From Pelomicrobium sp. (GTDB lineage Bacteria > Pseudomonadota > Gammaproteobacteria > Burkholderiales > UBA6910): DNA of 64,000 nt. The notes beneath the pieces are model-generated. The model was not told the DNA's origin and did not search any database. It saw only the letters and a program-made list of their open reading frames with translations. Below, in pieces: positions 8,738-17,595 of this stretch (position 1 is its first letter; each line of letters begins with the position of its first letter). The translations under genes and the position numbers were made by a program. Where the stretch lies: the NCBI GenBank assembly GCA_035466595.1, contig DATIUV010000072.1:5816-69815 (forward strand), written 5' to 3'.

Positions 8738-9817
8738 ATGAAGCAGGGACGCAGACAGGCACTCAAGGCGCTGGGCGCCACCGGCTTGCTGGCCGCCGTG
8801 GCCAGCGCGCGCGACGCGGCGGCTCAGCAGGGCGGCCCGAGCTACAGCTTCAAGATGGCCACCGCCTGGTCCGGCGGCCCGCTCATGGACATCGGCGCCA
8901 AGGCATTCGCCGAGAATCTCGAGTTTCTCTCGGGCGGCCGCATGAAGGTGCAGGTTTTCCCCGGCGGCGCGCTCGGCAACGCGCTCAAGGTTTCCGAAAC
9001 GGTCAAGAACGGCATCGCCGAGATGGGCCACACCTGGATGGGCTACGACTGGGGCGCCGACCCCACCACGGTGGCGTTCGGCGGCTACGCCGGCAGCTTC
9101 AATTCCGAGTACATGCTGCACTGGCTGTATCAGGCCGGCGGCGTCGAGATGCAGCGCCAGTTCCGCGAGGAGAAATTCGGCATCGTTTCGATGCCGCTGT
9201 TCATCCGCACCGCGGAGGTGTTCCTGCACTCGCGCAAGCCGGTCCGCACGCTCGACGACCTCAAGGGCCTGAAGATGCGCACCGCCGGTGCCTGGATCGA
9301 GATGTCGAAGGAGCTCGGCGCCGCGCCGGTGACGACCCCCGGTGGCGAGATTTACCCCGCGCTGGAGCGCGGCGTCATCGACGCGACCGAGTGGGGCACG
9401 CTGTGGGAGAACATCACGCCCGGCTTCTACAAGGTCGCCAAGTACCTGATCATCCCGGGGGTGCATCAGCCCACGGCGCCGTTCGAGCTCTGCATCAACA
9501 AGGGAGTCTGGGACAAGCTGTCGACCAACGACCGTCGCCTGATCGAGATGACCGCCCGGCTGGTGACCTACGACTGTTTCACGCGCATCGGCCAGGAGGA
9601 TGCCAAGGCGCTGGACTTCTACAAGAAAGCGGGCAACGAGATCATCGAGCTCGACCCCGAGGTCCAGTACCGCGGCCGCGAGATCGGCCTCAACTGGGGC
9701 GACAAGACCGCCGACGCGAATCCCTGGTTTGCCAAGGTGCACAAGAGCCAGCGCGAGTTCGAGGCGCTCTGGAAGGACGCGCCGCGCTACCGTAACGTCA
9801 AGGTGCGGCCGGCCTGA
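8738..9817 (+). CDS. TRAP transporter substrate-binding protein (DctP-like, COG4663 type) with Tat-like signal
   Basis: Begins MKQGRRQALKALGATGLLAAVASA after GAGGAGGAGG. The start was trimmed from the long ORF 8006..9817. It is a paralog of the protein at 18278..19429. Confidence 0.85.
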   Translation: MKQGRRQALKALGATGLLAAVASARDAAAQQGGPSYSFKMATAWSGGPLMDIGAKAFAENLEFLSGGRMKVQVFPGGALGNALKVSETVKNGIAEMGHTWMGYDWGADPTTVAFGGYAGSFNSEYMLHWLYQAGGVEMQRQFREEKFGIVSMPLFIRTAEVFLHSRKPVRTLDDLKGLKMRTAGAWIEMSKELGAAPVTTPGGEIYPALERGVIDATEWGTLWENITPGFYKVAKYLIIPGVHQPTAPFELCINKGVWDKLSTNDRRLIEMTARLVTYDCFTRIGQEDAKALDFYKKAGNEIIELDPEVQYRGREIGLNWGDKTADANPWFAKVHKSQREFEALWKDAPRYRNVKVRPA

Positions 9818-9834
9818 CGGCCGCGATGCGGCAA

Positions 9835-9875
9835 GCCGGCGGGACCGCACGGACGCGGCGTCCCGCCGGCTTTTT
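9835..9875 (+). terminator. Intra-operon hairpin plus T5 (partial terminator/attenuator) between the TRAP binding protein and permease genes
   Basis: GCCGGCGGGAC-N14-GTCCCGCCGGC followed by TTTTT. Confidence 0.6.
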
Positions 9876-9937
9876 CGTTCGCGCCCGCGCGCACGGCGCC
9901 GGGGCGCCGCATCCGACGAACCCGAATCCGACTGCCG

Positions 9938-10459
9938 ATGCTGTCCTGGCTGCTCCGCTTTCTCGACCGGGTGACCGGTACCTCCGGTGCCGTGGTCGCC
10001 TGGCTGGTGATCCCGCTGATCGCCGCCAGCTGCTACGAGGTGTTCTCGCGCTACGTGCTCAACGAGCCCACGCTGTGGGCGTTCGAGGTGGGCTACATGG
10101 TGATGGGCACCCACTTCCTGGTCGGCATGGCCTATACCCTGCGCGAGAACGAGCACGTGCGCGTGGACCTCTTGTACGCCCGCCTCTCGCCCAGGCTGCA
10201 GGCGCTGGTGGACACCTTCACCTACGTCTGCCTGCTGTTGCCCCTCACGCTGTGGCTTTCGGTGAGCCTGTGGGACAAGGTGCTCAAGGCCTACGAGTCG
10301 CAGGAGCGCTCGGGCATGTCGGCGTTCAATCCGCTGATCTGGCCGTACCGCGCGGTGTTCTTCACCGCATTCGTGCTGCTCAGCCTGCAGGCGATCGCCC
10401 AGCTGATCCGCTGCTACCAGACACTGACCGGCCGGGGCCGTGACGAAAGCGACGCATGA
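9938..10459 (+). CDS. TRAP transporter small permease (DctQ-like)
   Basis: 173 aa with 4 predicted TM segments. It overlaps the downstream dctM-like start by 4 nt. Confidence 0.85.
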   Translation: MLSWLLRFLDRVTGTSGAVVAWLVIPLIAASCYEVFSRYVLNEPTLWAFEVGYMVMGTHFLVGMAYTLRENEHVRVDLLYARLSPRLQALVDTFTYVCLLLPLTLWLSVSLWDKVLKAYESQERSGMSAFNPLIWPYRAVFFTAFVLLSLQAIAQLIRCYQTLTGRGRDESDA

Positions 10460-11778
10460 GCGAATACCTGCCGCTGTTCATGCTGCTGGCGATGTTCGTC
10501 CTGATCTTCCTGGGCGTGCACGTCGCGTTCGCGCTGATGGGCACCGCGCTCATGTTCGGCTTCGCCATCTTCCAGGGCGCGGTCATCTTCCAGTTCATGG
10601 AGAAGATCGAGGACATCGCGTCCAACTTCGTGCTGGCGGCGGTGCCGCTGTTCGTGTTCATGGGCACCATGCTGGAGCGCTCCGGCATCGCCGAGCAGCT
10701 GTTCGAGGCGGTGCATCTGTGGACGCGGCGGCTACCGGGCGGCCTCGCGCTGGGCACCGTGATCATGTGCGTGATCTTCGCCGCGTCCACCGGCGTGATC
10801 GGCGCGACCGAGACCGTGGTCGGACTGCTGGCGATCCCGGCCATGATGAAGTACGGCTACAACAAGCCCCTCATCTGCGGCACGATCTGCGCCGGCGGCT
10901 CGCTGGGCACGATCATCCCGCCGTCGGTCGTGGTCGTGGTACTGGGACCGGTCGCCAACGTATCGGTGGGCGACCTGATGGTGGGCATGATCTTCCCGGG
11001 CATGATCATGGCCGGCCTGTACCTGCTCTATATTCTCGTGCTGTGCCTGATCCGGCCCGAGGCCGGGCCGCGCATTCCGCCCAGCTCGGACGACCCGCCG
11101 CTCGTGCAGCGGCTCCTGACCACGGCCCACGCGCTGGTGCCGCCGCTGTTCATGATTTTCGCCGTGCTGGGCTCCATCATGCTCGGCTGGGCGGCGCCCA
11201 CCGAGGCCGCCGCCCTGGGCGCCTTTGGCGCCATCCTGCTCACCATCTTCTACCGCCGGTTCAGCCTGGCGACGCTGAAGGATTCCGCCCTGAAGACGCT
11301 GCGCATCACGTCCATGATCATGGCGATCCTGCTGGGCGGCACCATCTTCACCGGCGTGTTCTTCGCCGGCGGCGGCATCAATCTGACCAACCAGCTGGTG
11401 TCGCACATGGACCTGGGACCGTGGGGACTGCTGTTCCTGCTGCTCGGGATCTGCTTCCTGGCGGGCTTCGTGCTGGACTGGATCTCGATCCTGCTCATCT
11501 TCATCCCGATCTTCATGCCGCTGGTGAACGGTGCCGGCTTCGACCCCGTGTGGTTCTGCATCCTGTTCCTCATCATCATCCAGACCAGCTACCTGACGCC
11601 GCCGCTGGCGCCGGCAATTTTCTACCTGCGCGGCATCGCACCGCCGTCGATCACGCTGATCGACATGTACAAGGGCGTCGTTCCGTTCATCCTGCTGCAG
11701 GTCGCGACGCTGGCGGTGGTGATGACGTTTCCGCAAACTGTTCTCTGGCTGCCGGACAAGCTGCTCGGCTTCCGGTAG
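10456..11778 (+). CDS. TRAP transporter large permease (DctM-like)
   Basis: 440-aa polytopic protein that aligns by eye with the second DctM at 16249..17595. Confidence 0.9.
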   Translation: MSEYLPLFMLLAMFVLIFLGVHVAFALMGTALMFGFAIFQGAVIFQFMEKIEDIASNFVLAAVPLFVFMGTMLERSGIAEQLFEAVHLWTRRLPGGLALGTVIMCVIFAASTGVIGATETVVGLLAIPAMMKYGYNKPLICGTICAGGSLGTIIPPSVVVVVLGPVANVSVGDLMVGMIFPGMIMAGLYLLYILVLCLIRPEAGPRIPPSSDDPPLVQRLLTTAHALVPPLFMIFAVLGSIMLGWAAPTEAAALGAFGAILLTIFYRRFSLATLKDSALKTLRITSMIMAILLGGTIFTGVFFAGGGINLTNQLVSHMDLGPWGLLFLLLGICFLAGFVLDWISILLIFIPIFMPLVNGAGFDPVWFCILFLIIIQTSYLTPPLAPAIFYLRGIAPPSITLIDMYKGVVPFILLQVATLAVVMTFPQTVLWLPDKLLGFR

Positions 11779-11802
11779 CCGTGTCGCCAAGGAGGCAAAC
11801 CC

Positions 11803-12708
11803 ATGACACCCGAACAAGTCCTCGCCGTCGAGCCGAAGATCCTGACCCGGGAGCAGCGCGAGTTCTACTTCGCCAACGGCTATCTGGTGCTGGAGCGCAT
11901 CATTCCGCAGGAGTGGCTCGCGAAGCTGCGCGCCGCCACCGAGGAACTGGTCGAGCGCAGCCGCGCGATCACGAAATCGGACGCGATCTACGACCTCGAG
12001 CCGGACCACCGACCCGACGCCCCGCGCCTGCGCCGGGTCTCCAATCCCGTCGAGCAGCACCCGGCGTTCTGGGAGTACTGCTCGCGCTCGCTGCTGGGCG
12101 ACGTCGTCGCCGACCTGGTGGGCCCGGACGTCAAGTTCCACCACTCCAAGCTCAACTTCAAGTGGGCCAAGGGCGGCGAGGAAGTGAAGTGGCATTACGA
12201 CATCGGCTTCTGGCCCCACACCAACTACTCGCCGCTCACGGTGGGCACCTACCTCTACGACTGCGGCATGGACCAGGGCCCGCTCGGCGTGCTGCCGGGC
12301 AGCCACGAGATCGAGCCGATGTTCTCGCAATACGACGACAAGGGCGAGTGGATCGGCTGCCTCAAGCCGGCCGACGCGGCGAAGCTCGACCTGTCGAAGG
12401 CCGTGTTCCTGCCGGGCCCCGCGGGCTCGATCACGATTCACAACTGCCGCACGCTGCACTACTCGGCCAAGAACACGTCCGATCTCGGCCGGCCGCTGCT
12501 GCTGTTCGCCTACTCGTCGGCCGACGCGTTTCCCTACACGGTGAACCCGATCCGCTCGAAGTACGATCAGGCGATCATCCGCGGCCAGCCCGCGCGCTGG
12601 GCGCACCACGATCCGCGCCCGTGCCTGATGCCGCCCGACTGGTCGGGCGGCTACACCTCGATCTTCGCCCTGCAGCAGGAGGAGGCGAAGAAGGCGGCGG
12701 CGATGTGA
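11803..12708 (+). CDS. Phytanoyl-CoA dioxygenase (PhyH) family Fe(II)/2-oxoglutarate dioxygenase
   Basis: 301 aa. Begins REFYFANGYLVLE, has the HxD motif in VKWHYDIGFW, and a distal His in ITIHNCRTLHYS. Confidence 0.8.
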   Translation: MTPEQVLAVEPKILTREQREFYFANGYLVLERIIPQEWLAKLRAATEELVERSRAITKSDAIYDLEPDHRPDAPRLRRVSNPVEQHPAFWEYCSRSLLGDVVADLVGPDVKFHHSKLNFKWAKGGEEVKWHYDIGFWPHTNYSPLTVGTYLYDCGMDQGPLGVLPGSHEIEPMFSQYDDKGEWIGCLKPADAAKLDLSKAVFLPGPAGSITIHNCRTLHYSAKNTSDLGRPLLLFAYSSADAFPYTVNPIRSKYDQAIIRGQPARWAHHDPRPCLMPPDWSGGYTSIFALQQEEAKKAAAM

Positions 12709-12760
12709 CGGCGCTGCGTTCCATTGCCTGAGGACGGGAGCCGTTTTTCGTGAGGGGCGC

Positions 12761-14092
12761 GTGAACGCCATCGATTTGCGCGAGGGCCTGCGCGTCGAGG
12801 CCGACGTCGTCGTGGCGGGCGGCGGCGCGGCCGGCGTCGCGGCGGCGGTGACCGCGGCGCGCCAGGGCCTCCGGGTGGCGCTGGTCGAGCGCTACGGCTT
12901 CTGCGGCGGCGGCGCCGTCGCGGGCATGTCGGGAACGATCTGCGGCCTGTACCTGGCGCGCGACGGAGACGCGGGCCCGGAGCAGGTCGTGTTCGGCTTC
13001 GCCGACGAATTCCTCCGCCTGCTTGCGGCCCGCGGCGGCATCACGCCGGCGGTGCGCTACGGCAAGACCTGGACCCACGTCCATGACCCGCTGGTGTGGC
13101 GCGAGGCCGCCGATCACCTGTTGCGGGAAGCGGGCGTCCACGTGTTCCTGCACAGCACGGTCACCGATGTCCTGCTCGAGGGCGACCGGGCGCAGGGCCT
13201 GATCGCCTACAACAAGCAGGGCAAGCTCGAAATTCGCGCGAAGGTGACCATCGACGCCAGCGGCGACGCCGATCTCGTCGCCATGGCCGGGTGGCCGTCC
13301 TTCGTCGGCGATGGCGGTCGGGTGCAGAATCCAACCATGATCTTCCGCCTGGGCGGCGTCGACACCGCGCGCTTCCTGCAGGCCTACGGAGCCGACACCA
13401 TCATGCCGGAGCAGGTTTCCGAGCTGCTGCGGCGGCATCACGGCCAGGGCTACACGCTGCCGCGTGCGAAGATCTGGCTGTTCACCACGCCGCGACCCGG
13501 CGAACTGCTATGCAACTGCACCCGCGTCATTGGCCCCGACGGCCGCGAGCTGAACACGCTCTACGCCGCCGATTTCACCGACGCCGAAATCGAGGGCCGG
13601 CGCCAGGTCCGCGAGTACGCGCGTTTCTTCCGCGATCACCTGGCGGGCTGCGAGGCGAGCTTCGTCAACGACACGGGCGTGCAGGTCGGCGTGCGCCAGA
13701 CGCGGCAAGCGCGCGGCACGGCGCTGCTTGCCAACGAGGACGTCGTCGCGGCGCGCAAGTTCGCCGACGGAATCGCCCGCTCGCCGTGGCCGATCGAGCT
13801 GCACGCCGGCCAACGACCCCGCGTCGAGTGGATCCTGGATGACTTCTACGAGGTGCCCTACGGCTGTTTCGTGCCGCAGACCGGCGACGGTCTGCTGCTG
13901 GCGGGGCGCTGCCTCTCGGCACAGCATGAGGCCGTGGCCTCCGCCCGGGTCACGGCGCAGTGCTTCAGCTACGGCCACGCGATGGGCCACGCGGCGGCCA
14001 TGTGCATCGCGGACCGCTGCGAGCCGCGGCAGCTCTCCGGGACGGACGTGCGCGCCCGGGTCAGCCGCGACGGCGCGCGCCTCGATCGGTAA
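12761..14092 (+). CDS. FAD-dependent oxidoreductase (FAD_oxidored/GIDA-like family)
   Basis: N-terminal dinucleotide fold DVVVAGGGAAGVAAAVTAARQGLRVALVE. 443 aa. Confidence 0.8.
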   Translation: MNAIDLREGLRVEADVVVAGGGAAGVAAAVTAARQGLRVALVERYGFCGGGAVAGMSGTICGLYLARDGDAGPEQVVFGFADEFLRLLAARGGITPAVRYGKTWTHVHDPLVWREAADHLLREAGVHVFLHSTVTDVLLEGDRAQGLIAYNKQGKLEIRAKVTIDASGDADLVAMAGWPSFVGDGGRVQNPTMIFRLGGVDTARFLQAYGADTIMPEQVSELLRRHHGQGYTLPRAKIWLFTTPRPGELLCNCTRVIGPDGRELNTLYAADFTDAEIEGRRQVREYARFFRDHLAGCEASFVNDTGVQVGVRQTRQARGTALLANEDVVAARKFADGIARSPWPIELHAGQRPRVEWILDDFYEVPYGCFVPQTGDGLLLAGRCLSAQHEAVASARVTAQCFSYGHAMGHAAAMCIADRCEPRQLSGTDVRARVSRDGARLDR

Positions 14093-14204
14093 GCTCCCGG
14101 CATCCCGTATCGCTTCGCCCCCGCTGTTCGGCACCACTCGCCGTCTGCGCCCGGCCGCCGGCCGGGTTTGACCCAGATCAAAGACAGCGGCCTCCAGATC
14201 GGTA

Positions 14205-14221
14205 ATATATCAGGCGTATAT
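14205..14221. promoter_or_regulatory. 17-bp palindromic operator candidate, copy 3 (ATATATCAGGCGTATAT, the reverse complement of the ATATACGCCTGATATAT form)
   Basis: Third copy of the motif, 24 nt upstream of the ATG at 14245. Confidence 0.6.
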
Positions 14222-14244
14222 CAAAGCTCTCGACGGAGGCCCGA

Positions 14245-14577
14245 ATGACGGTCAACGCTTTCCTGGTTCTGGCATTGCTCGGCGTGCTGGCGAGCGCGTT
14301 CTGGTGGCTGCTGCTGCGGCAGGCGGCGCGGGCGACGACCGCGCGGCCGCCAACGCTGTTCGCTCGCATGCGCGAGCACCTGGGGATCGACCTGGCGAGA
14401 ACGCCGGTGTCCGGCGCTGCGCCAGCGGTTGCCGAGGCGACCGAGCGCTGCGGCCGCTGCACGCATCCCGCGGAGTGCCGTGAGTGGCTGGCGACCGACA
14501 AGGGCAGTCGGGCGCCGGGGTTCTGCGTCAACGCCACGCTCCTGGCCGAACTGCAGGAACAGACGCGGCGGAACTAG
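14245..14577 (+). CDS. Small membrane-anchored Cys-rich protein of unknown function (DUF6455-like by recollection)
   Basis: 110 aa with an N-terminal TM helix and the motif CGRCTHPAECREWL...FC. It is directly preceded by the operator copy and a GGAGG site. Confidence 0.55.
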   Translation: MTVNAFLVLALLGVLASAFWWLLLRQAARATTARPPTLFARMREHLGIDLARTPVSGAAPAVAEATERCGRCTHPAECREWLATDKGSRAPGFCVNATLLAELQEQTRRN

Positions 14578-14688
14578 GCCAGCCGCCCCCGGCTGCCGAC
14601 GACGGCGCGGCGGGACGCAAGGTGTAACGCAGGATGGGCGCGCGGGACGATGCGCCGGCGCGGAGCCAGCGCAGCCGCGCCAGGGGCG

Positions 14689-14859
14689 TTACTCGTCGCG
14701 GTGGCGCAGCGCCTCGATGTACTCCCAGATCATGAAACCCATGCCGATCAGGAGCACCACCACCAGCGCCACTTCCTTGACCTTGACGACGACGACCCCG
14801 AGGAAGATCACCATCAGGATCAGCGCCAGCGCACCCGTAACCGCTTTGACCAGAACCAT
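14689..14859 (-). CDS. 56-aa two-TM small membrane protein, last gene of the TRAP-amidase operon
   Basis: Internal ATG of ORF 14689..15051, preceded by GAGGGAGA. It reads MVLVKAVTGALALILMVIFLGVVVVKVKEVALVVVLLIGMGFMIWEYIEALRHRDE. Confidence 0.5.
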   Translation of the reverse strand: MVLVKAVTGALALILMVIFLGVVVVKVKEVALVVVLLIGMGFMIWEYIEALRHRDE

Positions 14860-14888
14860 TCGCGAATCTCCCTCTCGAGTGTCGGCCG

Positions 14889-16259
14889 TTACGCCGACCT
14901 GACCGATTTTTCCAGCCAGCGCGCCGTGCGCAGCAGGCGGGCGTCGTCCATGCGCTGCCCGACCAGCTGCACACCCAGCGGCATACCGTTTTCGCCCTGC
15001 AATAGCGGCAGCGTCAACGCGGGCGTGCCGCACAGCGTCCACAGGGTGCAATAGATCGGATCGCCGGTGCCTTCCTCGAACCTGGGTGCCGTGCCAAGGG
15101 TCGCCGGCGTCAGGATGGCGTGGTACTCGCCGAAGATCTCGTCTAGCACGCGGTTCAGCAAGGGAATGCGGTCCACGCAGTTGAGGTAATCGACGGCACG
15201 CACCTCACGGCCGCGCTCGATCTGCCCGCGCAGCGACGCCGACAACTTGTCCCGACCCTCGTCGTATTCCTGGGCGAAGCTGCGCGCCAGATCCGCCTCC
15301 ATGATGGTCTTGTGCCACGCCACGGCCTGCAGAAACGTCGCCGGGAGTTCAACCTCGGTGACGCTGCCGCCGAGGTGCTCCACCAGCTCGGCGAAGGCCT
15401 CCTGGGTATCCGGCGATGTCCGGTCCCAGGCGGGCGCCTTGATGAAGGCGAACCGCGGCTCGAGCGGCACCTCCTGGCGGGAGGTCTCGAGCAAAGGGGG
15501 CCGCGCCGTCAGCTGCGTCGCGGGATCGTCCTCGTCGTACCCGGTGAGGGTCTCCGCGATGAGCGCGATATCCTCGATCGAGCGCCCCATCACGCCGACC
15601 TGGTCCAGCGGTCGCGACTGGCGCAGCACGCCGGAGCGGGGAATCATGCCGAAGGTGGGCTTGTAGCCGTAGACGCCGCAATAGGCGGCCGGGCGGATCA
15701 CCGAGCCATTCGTCTGCGTGCCGACCGCCAGAGGCGCCATGTAAGAAGCCACGGCAGCGGCCGAGCCGCTCGAAGACCCGCCGGGTGTATGCGCCGGATT
15801 GTGCGGATTGCGTGTCTTTCCCGGCGCGTAGGTCGCCAGCTCGGTGGTGACCGTTTTGCCGAGGACGATCGCGCCATCGGCGCGCAGCCGCCGGATGAGC
15901 GCCGCGTCCTGGCGTGGAATGCGGCCCTCGTGCAGGACGGTACCGTCGCCGGTCGGCATGCCGCGGACGTCGATGATGTCCTTGATCGCCACGGGCACGC
16001 CGTGAAGCCGCCCGAGGGGCCGGCCCTGCCGCCGGTGTTCGTCGAGCGCCCGCGCCTGCTCGAGGACGTGCTCGGGGCCGAGGAAGGCCCAGGCCTCCAC
16101 CGAGGCGTCTACGTCGCGGATGCGCTCGAGGCAGTCCGTCACCGCCTGCTCAGTCGACACGAGCCCGGTCGCGATGGCGTCGCGCAACGCCACCGCGCCC
16201 AACGCGGCGCGCGTCGCCGGCGCGTCCACGGGCCTTACCGGTTCGTGCTCAGTTGCCAT
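14889..16259 (-). CDS. Amidase-signature family amidase (GatA-like)
   Basis: 456 aa with the amidase signature GGSSSGSAAAVA. Confidence 0.9.
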   Translation of the reverse strand: MATEHEPVRPVDAPATRAALGAVALRDAIATGLVSTEQAVTDCLERIRDVDASVEAWAFLGPEHVLEQARALDEHRRQGRPLGRLHGVPVAIKDIIDVRGMPTGDGTVLHEGRIPRQDAALIRRLRADGAIVLGKTVTTELATYAPGKTRNPHNPAHTPGGSSSGSAAAVASYMAPLAVGTQTNGSVIRPAAYCGVYGYKPTFGMIPRSGVLRQSRPLDQVGVMGRSIEDIALIAETLTGYDEDDPATQLTARPPLLETSRQEVPLEPRFAFIKAPAWDRTSPDTQEAFAELVEHLGGSVTEVELPATFLQAVAWHKTIMEADLARSFAQEYDEGRDKLSASLRGQIERGREVRAVDYLNCVDRIPLLNRVLDEIFGEYHAILTPATLGTAPRFEEGTGDPIYCTLWTLCGTPALTLPLLQGENGMPLGVQLVGQRMDDARLLRTARWLEKSVRSA

Positions 16260-17595
16260 AGAGCTGGTTGGGCAGCCAGGCCACCAGTTCCGGGAAGATG
16301 TAGACCAGGATCATCGACACGAACACCATGCTCAGGAACGGGAAGCAGCCCTTGAAGATGGTCCACAACTGCACGTGCGGCGGTGCGATGCCCTTCAGAT
16401 AGTAGGCCGACATCGCCATCGGTGGTGTCAGGAACGACGTCTGCAGGTTCAGCGCCACCAGGATGCCGAAGAACATCGGGTCGATGTTGAAGTGCGGCAG
16501 CAACGGCAGGAAGATCGGCACGAAGATGATGATGATCTCGCTCCACTCCAGCGGCCAACCGAGAATGAAGATGATGATTTGTGCCAGGATCAGGAACGTG
16601 ATCGGCGTCAGGTCCATGCCCAGCACCCAGTCCTTGATCAGACCCTCGCCGCCGAGATAGGAGAACACCGACGAAAACGTCCACGACCCGACGAACAGCC
16701 AGCACACCATCGCCGAGGTGCGCGCCGTCAGGAACACCGCCTCCTTCAGCCGCTCCCAGGTCAGCGCTCGGTACGCGGCGGCCAGCACGATGCCGCCGAA
16801 CGCCCCGACCGAGGCGGCTTCCGTCGGCGTCGCCAGGCCGAACAGGATCGAGCCCAGCACCGCCAGGATCAGCACCGCCAGCGGTATGAACGCTTTCAGC
16901 AGCAGAAGCAGCACCTGGCCCCAGGGAACGTTCGATTGCTCCTTCGGCAGCTTCGGCGCCAGTTGCGGGCGCAGGATGCCGACGCCGATCACGTAGAGCA
17001 TGTACAGACCGGCAAGCAGGAAGCCCGGAAAAAGCGCCGCCGCGTAGAGCTTCACCACGGAAACCGCGGAGGTCGCGCCGTAGACGATGAGCATGATCGA
17101 AGGCGGGATCAGGATGCCCAGCGTGCCGCCGGCGCAGATCACGCCGGCCGAGAGCTTCTGATCGTAGCCCGCCTTCAGCATCGCCGGGAACGCCAGCAGG
17201 CCCATCAGCGTGACGACGGCGCCGACGATGCCGGTCGCGGTGGCGAACATCGCGCAGGTGGCAAGCGCCGCCACCGCCATGGCCGCCGGCACGCCGCGGA
17301 ACGCCAGCTGCAGGCTCAAGAACAGCCGGTCCAGGATGTTGGCCCGTTCGACGATGTAGCCCATGAACAGAAACAAGGGCACCGCCACCAGCACGTCGTT
17401 GTTCATGACGCTGAACGTGTTCTGCGACAGCAGGTAGAACACGCGGTTGTCGAAGAACGTCTGGTCCGGCACGTAATAGGCGTAATAGCCGAAGCCGACG
17501 CCCATCGCCATCAGCGTGAAGGCGATCGGGAAGCCCAGCAGAATGATGAAAATGAACAGGCCCAGCATCAGCAGGGCGACTTCGGGGTTGGTCAC
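16249..17595 (-). CDS. TRAP transporter large permease (DctM-like), system 2
   Basis: 448-aa polytopic protein, paralog of 10456..11778. Confidence 0.9.
   Translation of the reverse strand: MTNPEVALLMLGLFIFIILLGFPIAFTLMAMGVGFGYYAYYVPDQTFFDNRVFYLLSQNTFSVMNNDVLVAVPLFLFMGYIVERANILDRLFLSLQLAFRGVPAAMAVAALATCAMFATATGIVGAVVTLMGLLAFPAMLKAGYDQKLSAGVICAGGTLGILIPPSIMLIVYGATSAVSVVKLYAAALFPGFLLAGLYMLYVIGVGILRPQLAPKLPKEQSNVPWGQVLLLLLKAFIPLAVLILAVLGSILFGLATPTEAASVGAFGGIVLAAAYRALTWERLKEAVFLTARTSAMVCWLFVGSWTFSSVFSYLGGEGLIKDWVLGMDLTPITFLILAQIIIFILGWPLEWSEIIIIFVPIFLPLLPHFNIDPMFFGILVALNLQTSFLTPPMAMSAYYLKGIAPPHVQLWTIFKGCFPFLSMVFVSMILVYIFPELVAWLPNQLYGN

Noticed and set aside
10440-12771. 763-aa (+) and 679-aa (-) ORFs overlapping the dctM and PhyH genes
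   Set aside because: Both are off-frame or antisense to genes with clear family signatures. Their composition is dominated by R, A, G, P and H, and they have no motifs.
14150-14169. Weak terminator after the FAD oxidoreductase gene (CCCGGCC-gcc-GGCCGGG-TTT)
   Set aside because: The stem is short and only three T residues follow, so it is not distinguishable from random GC-rich palindromes.
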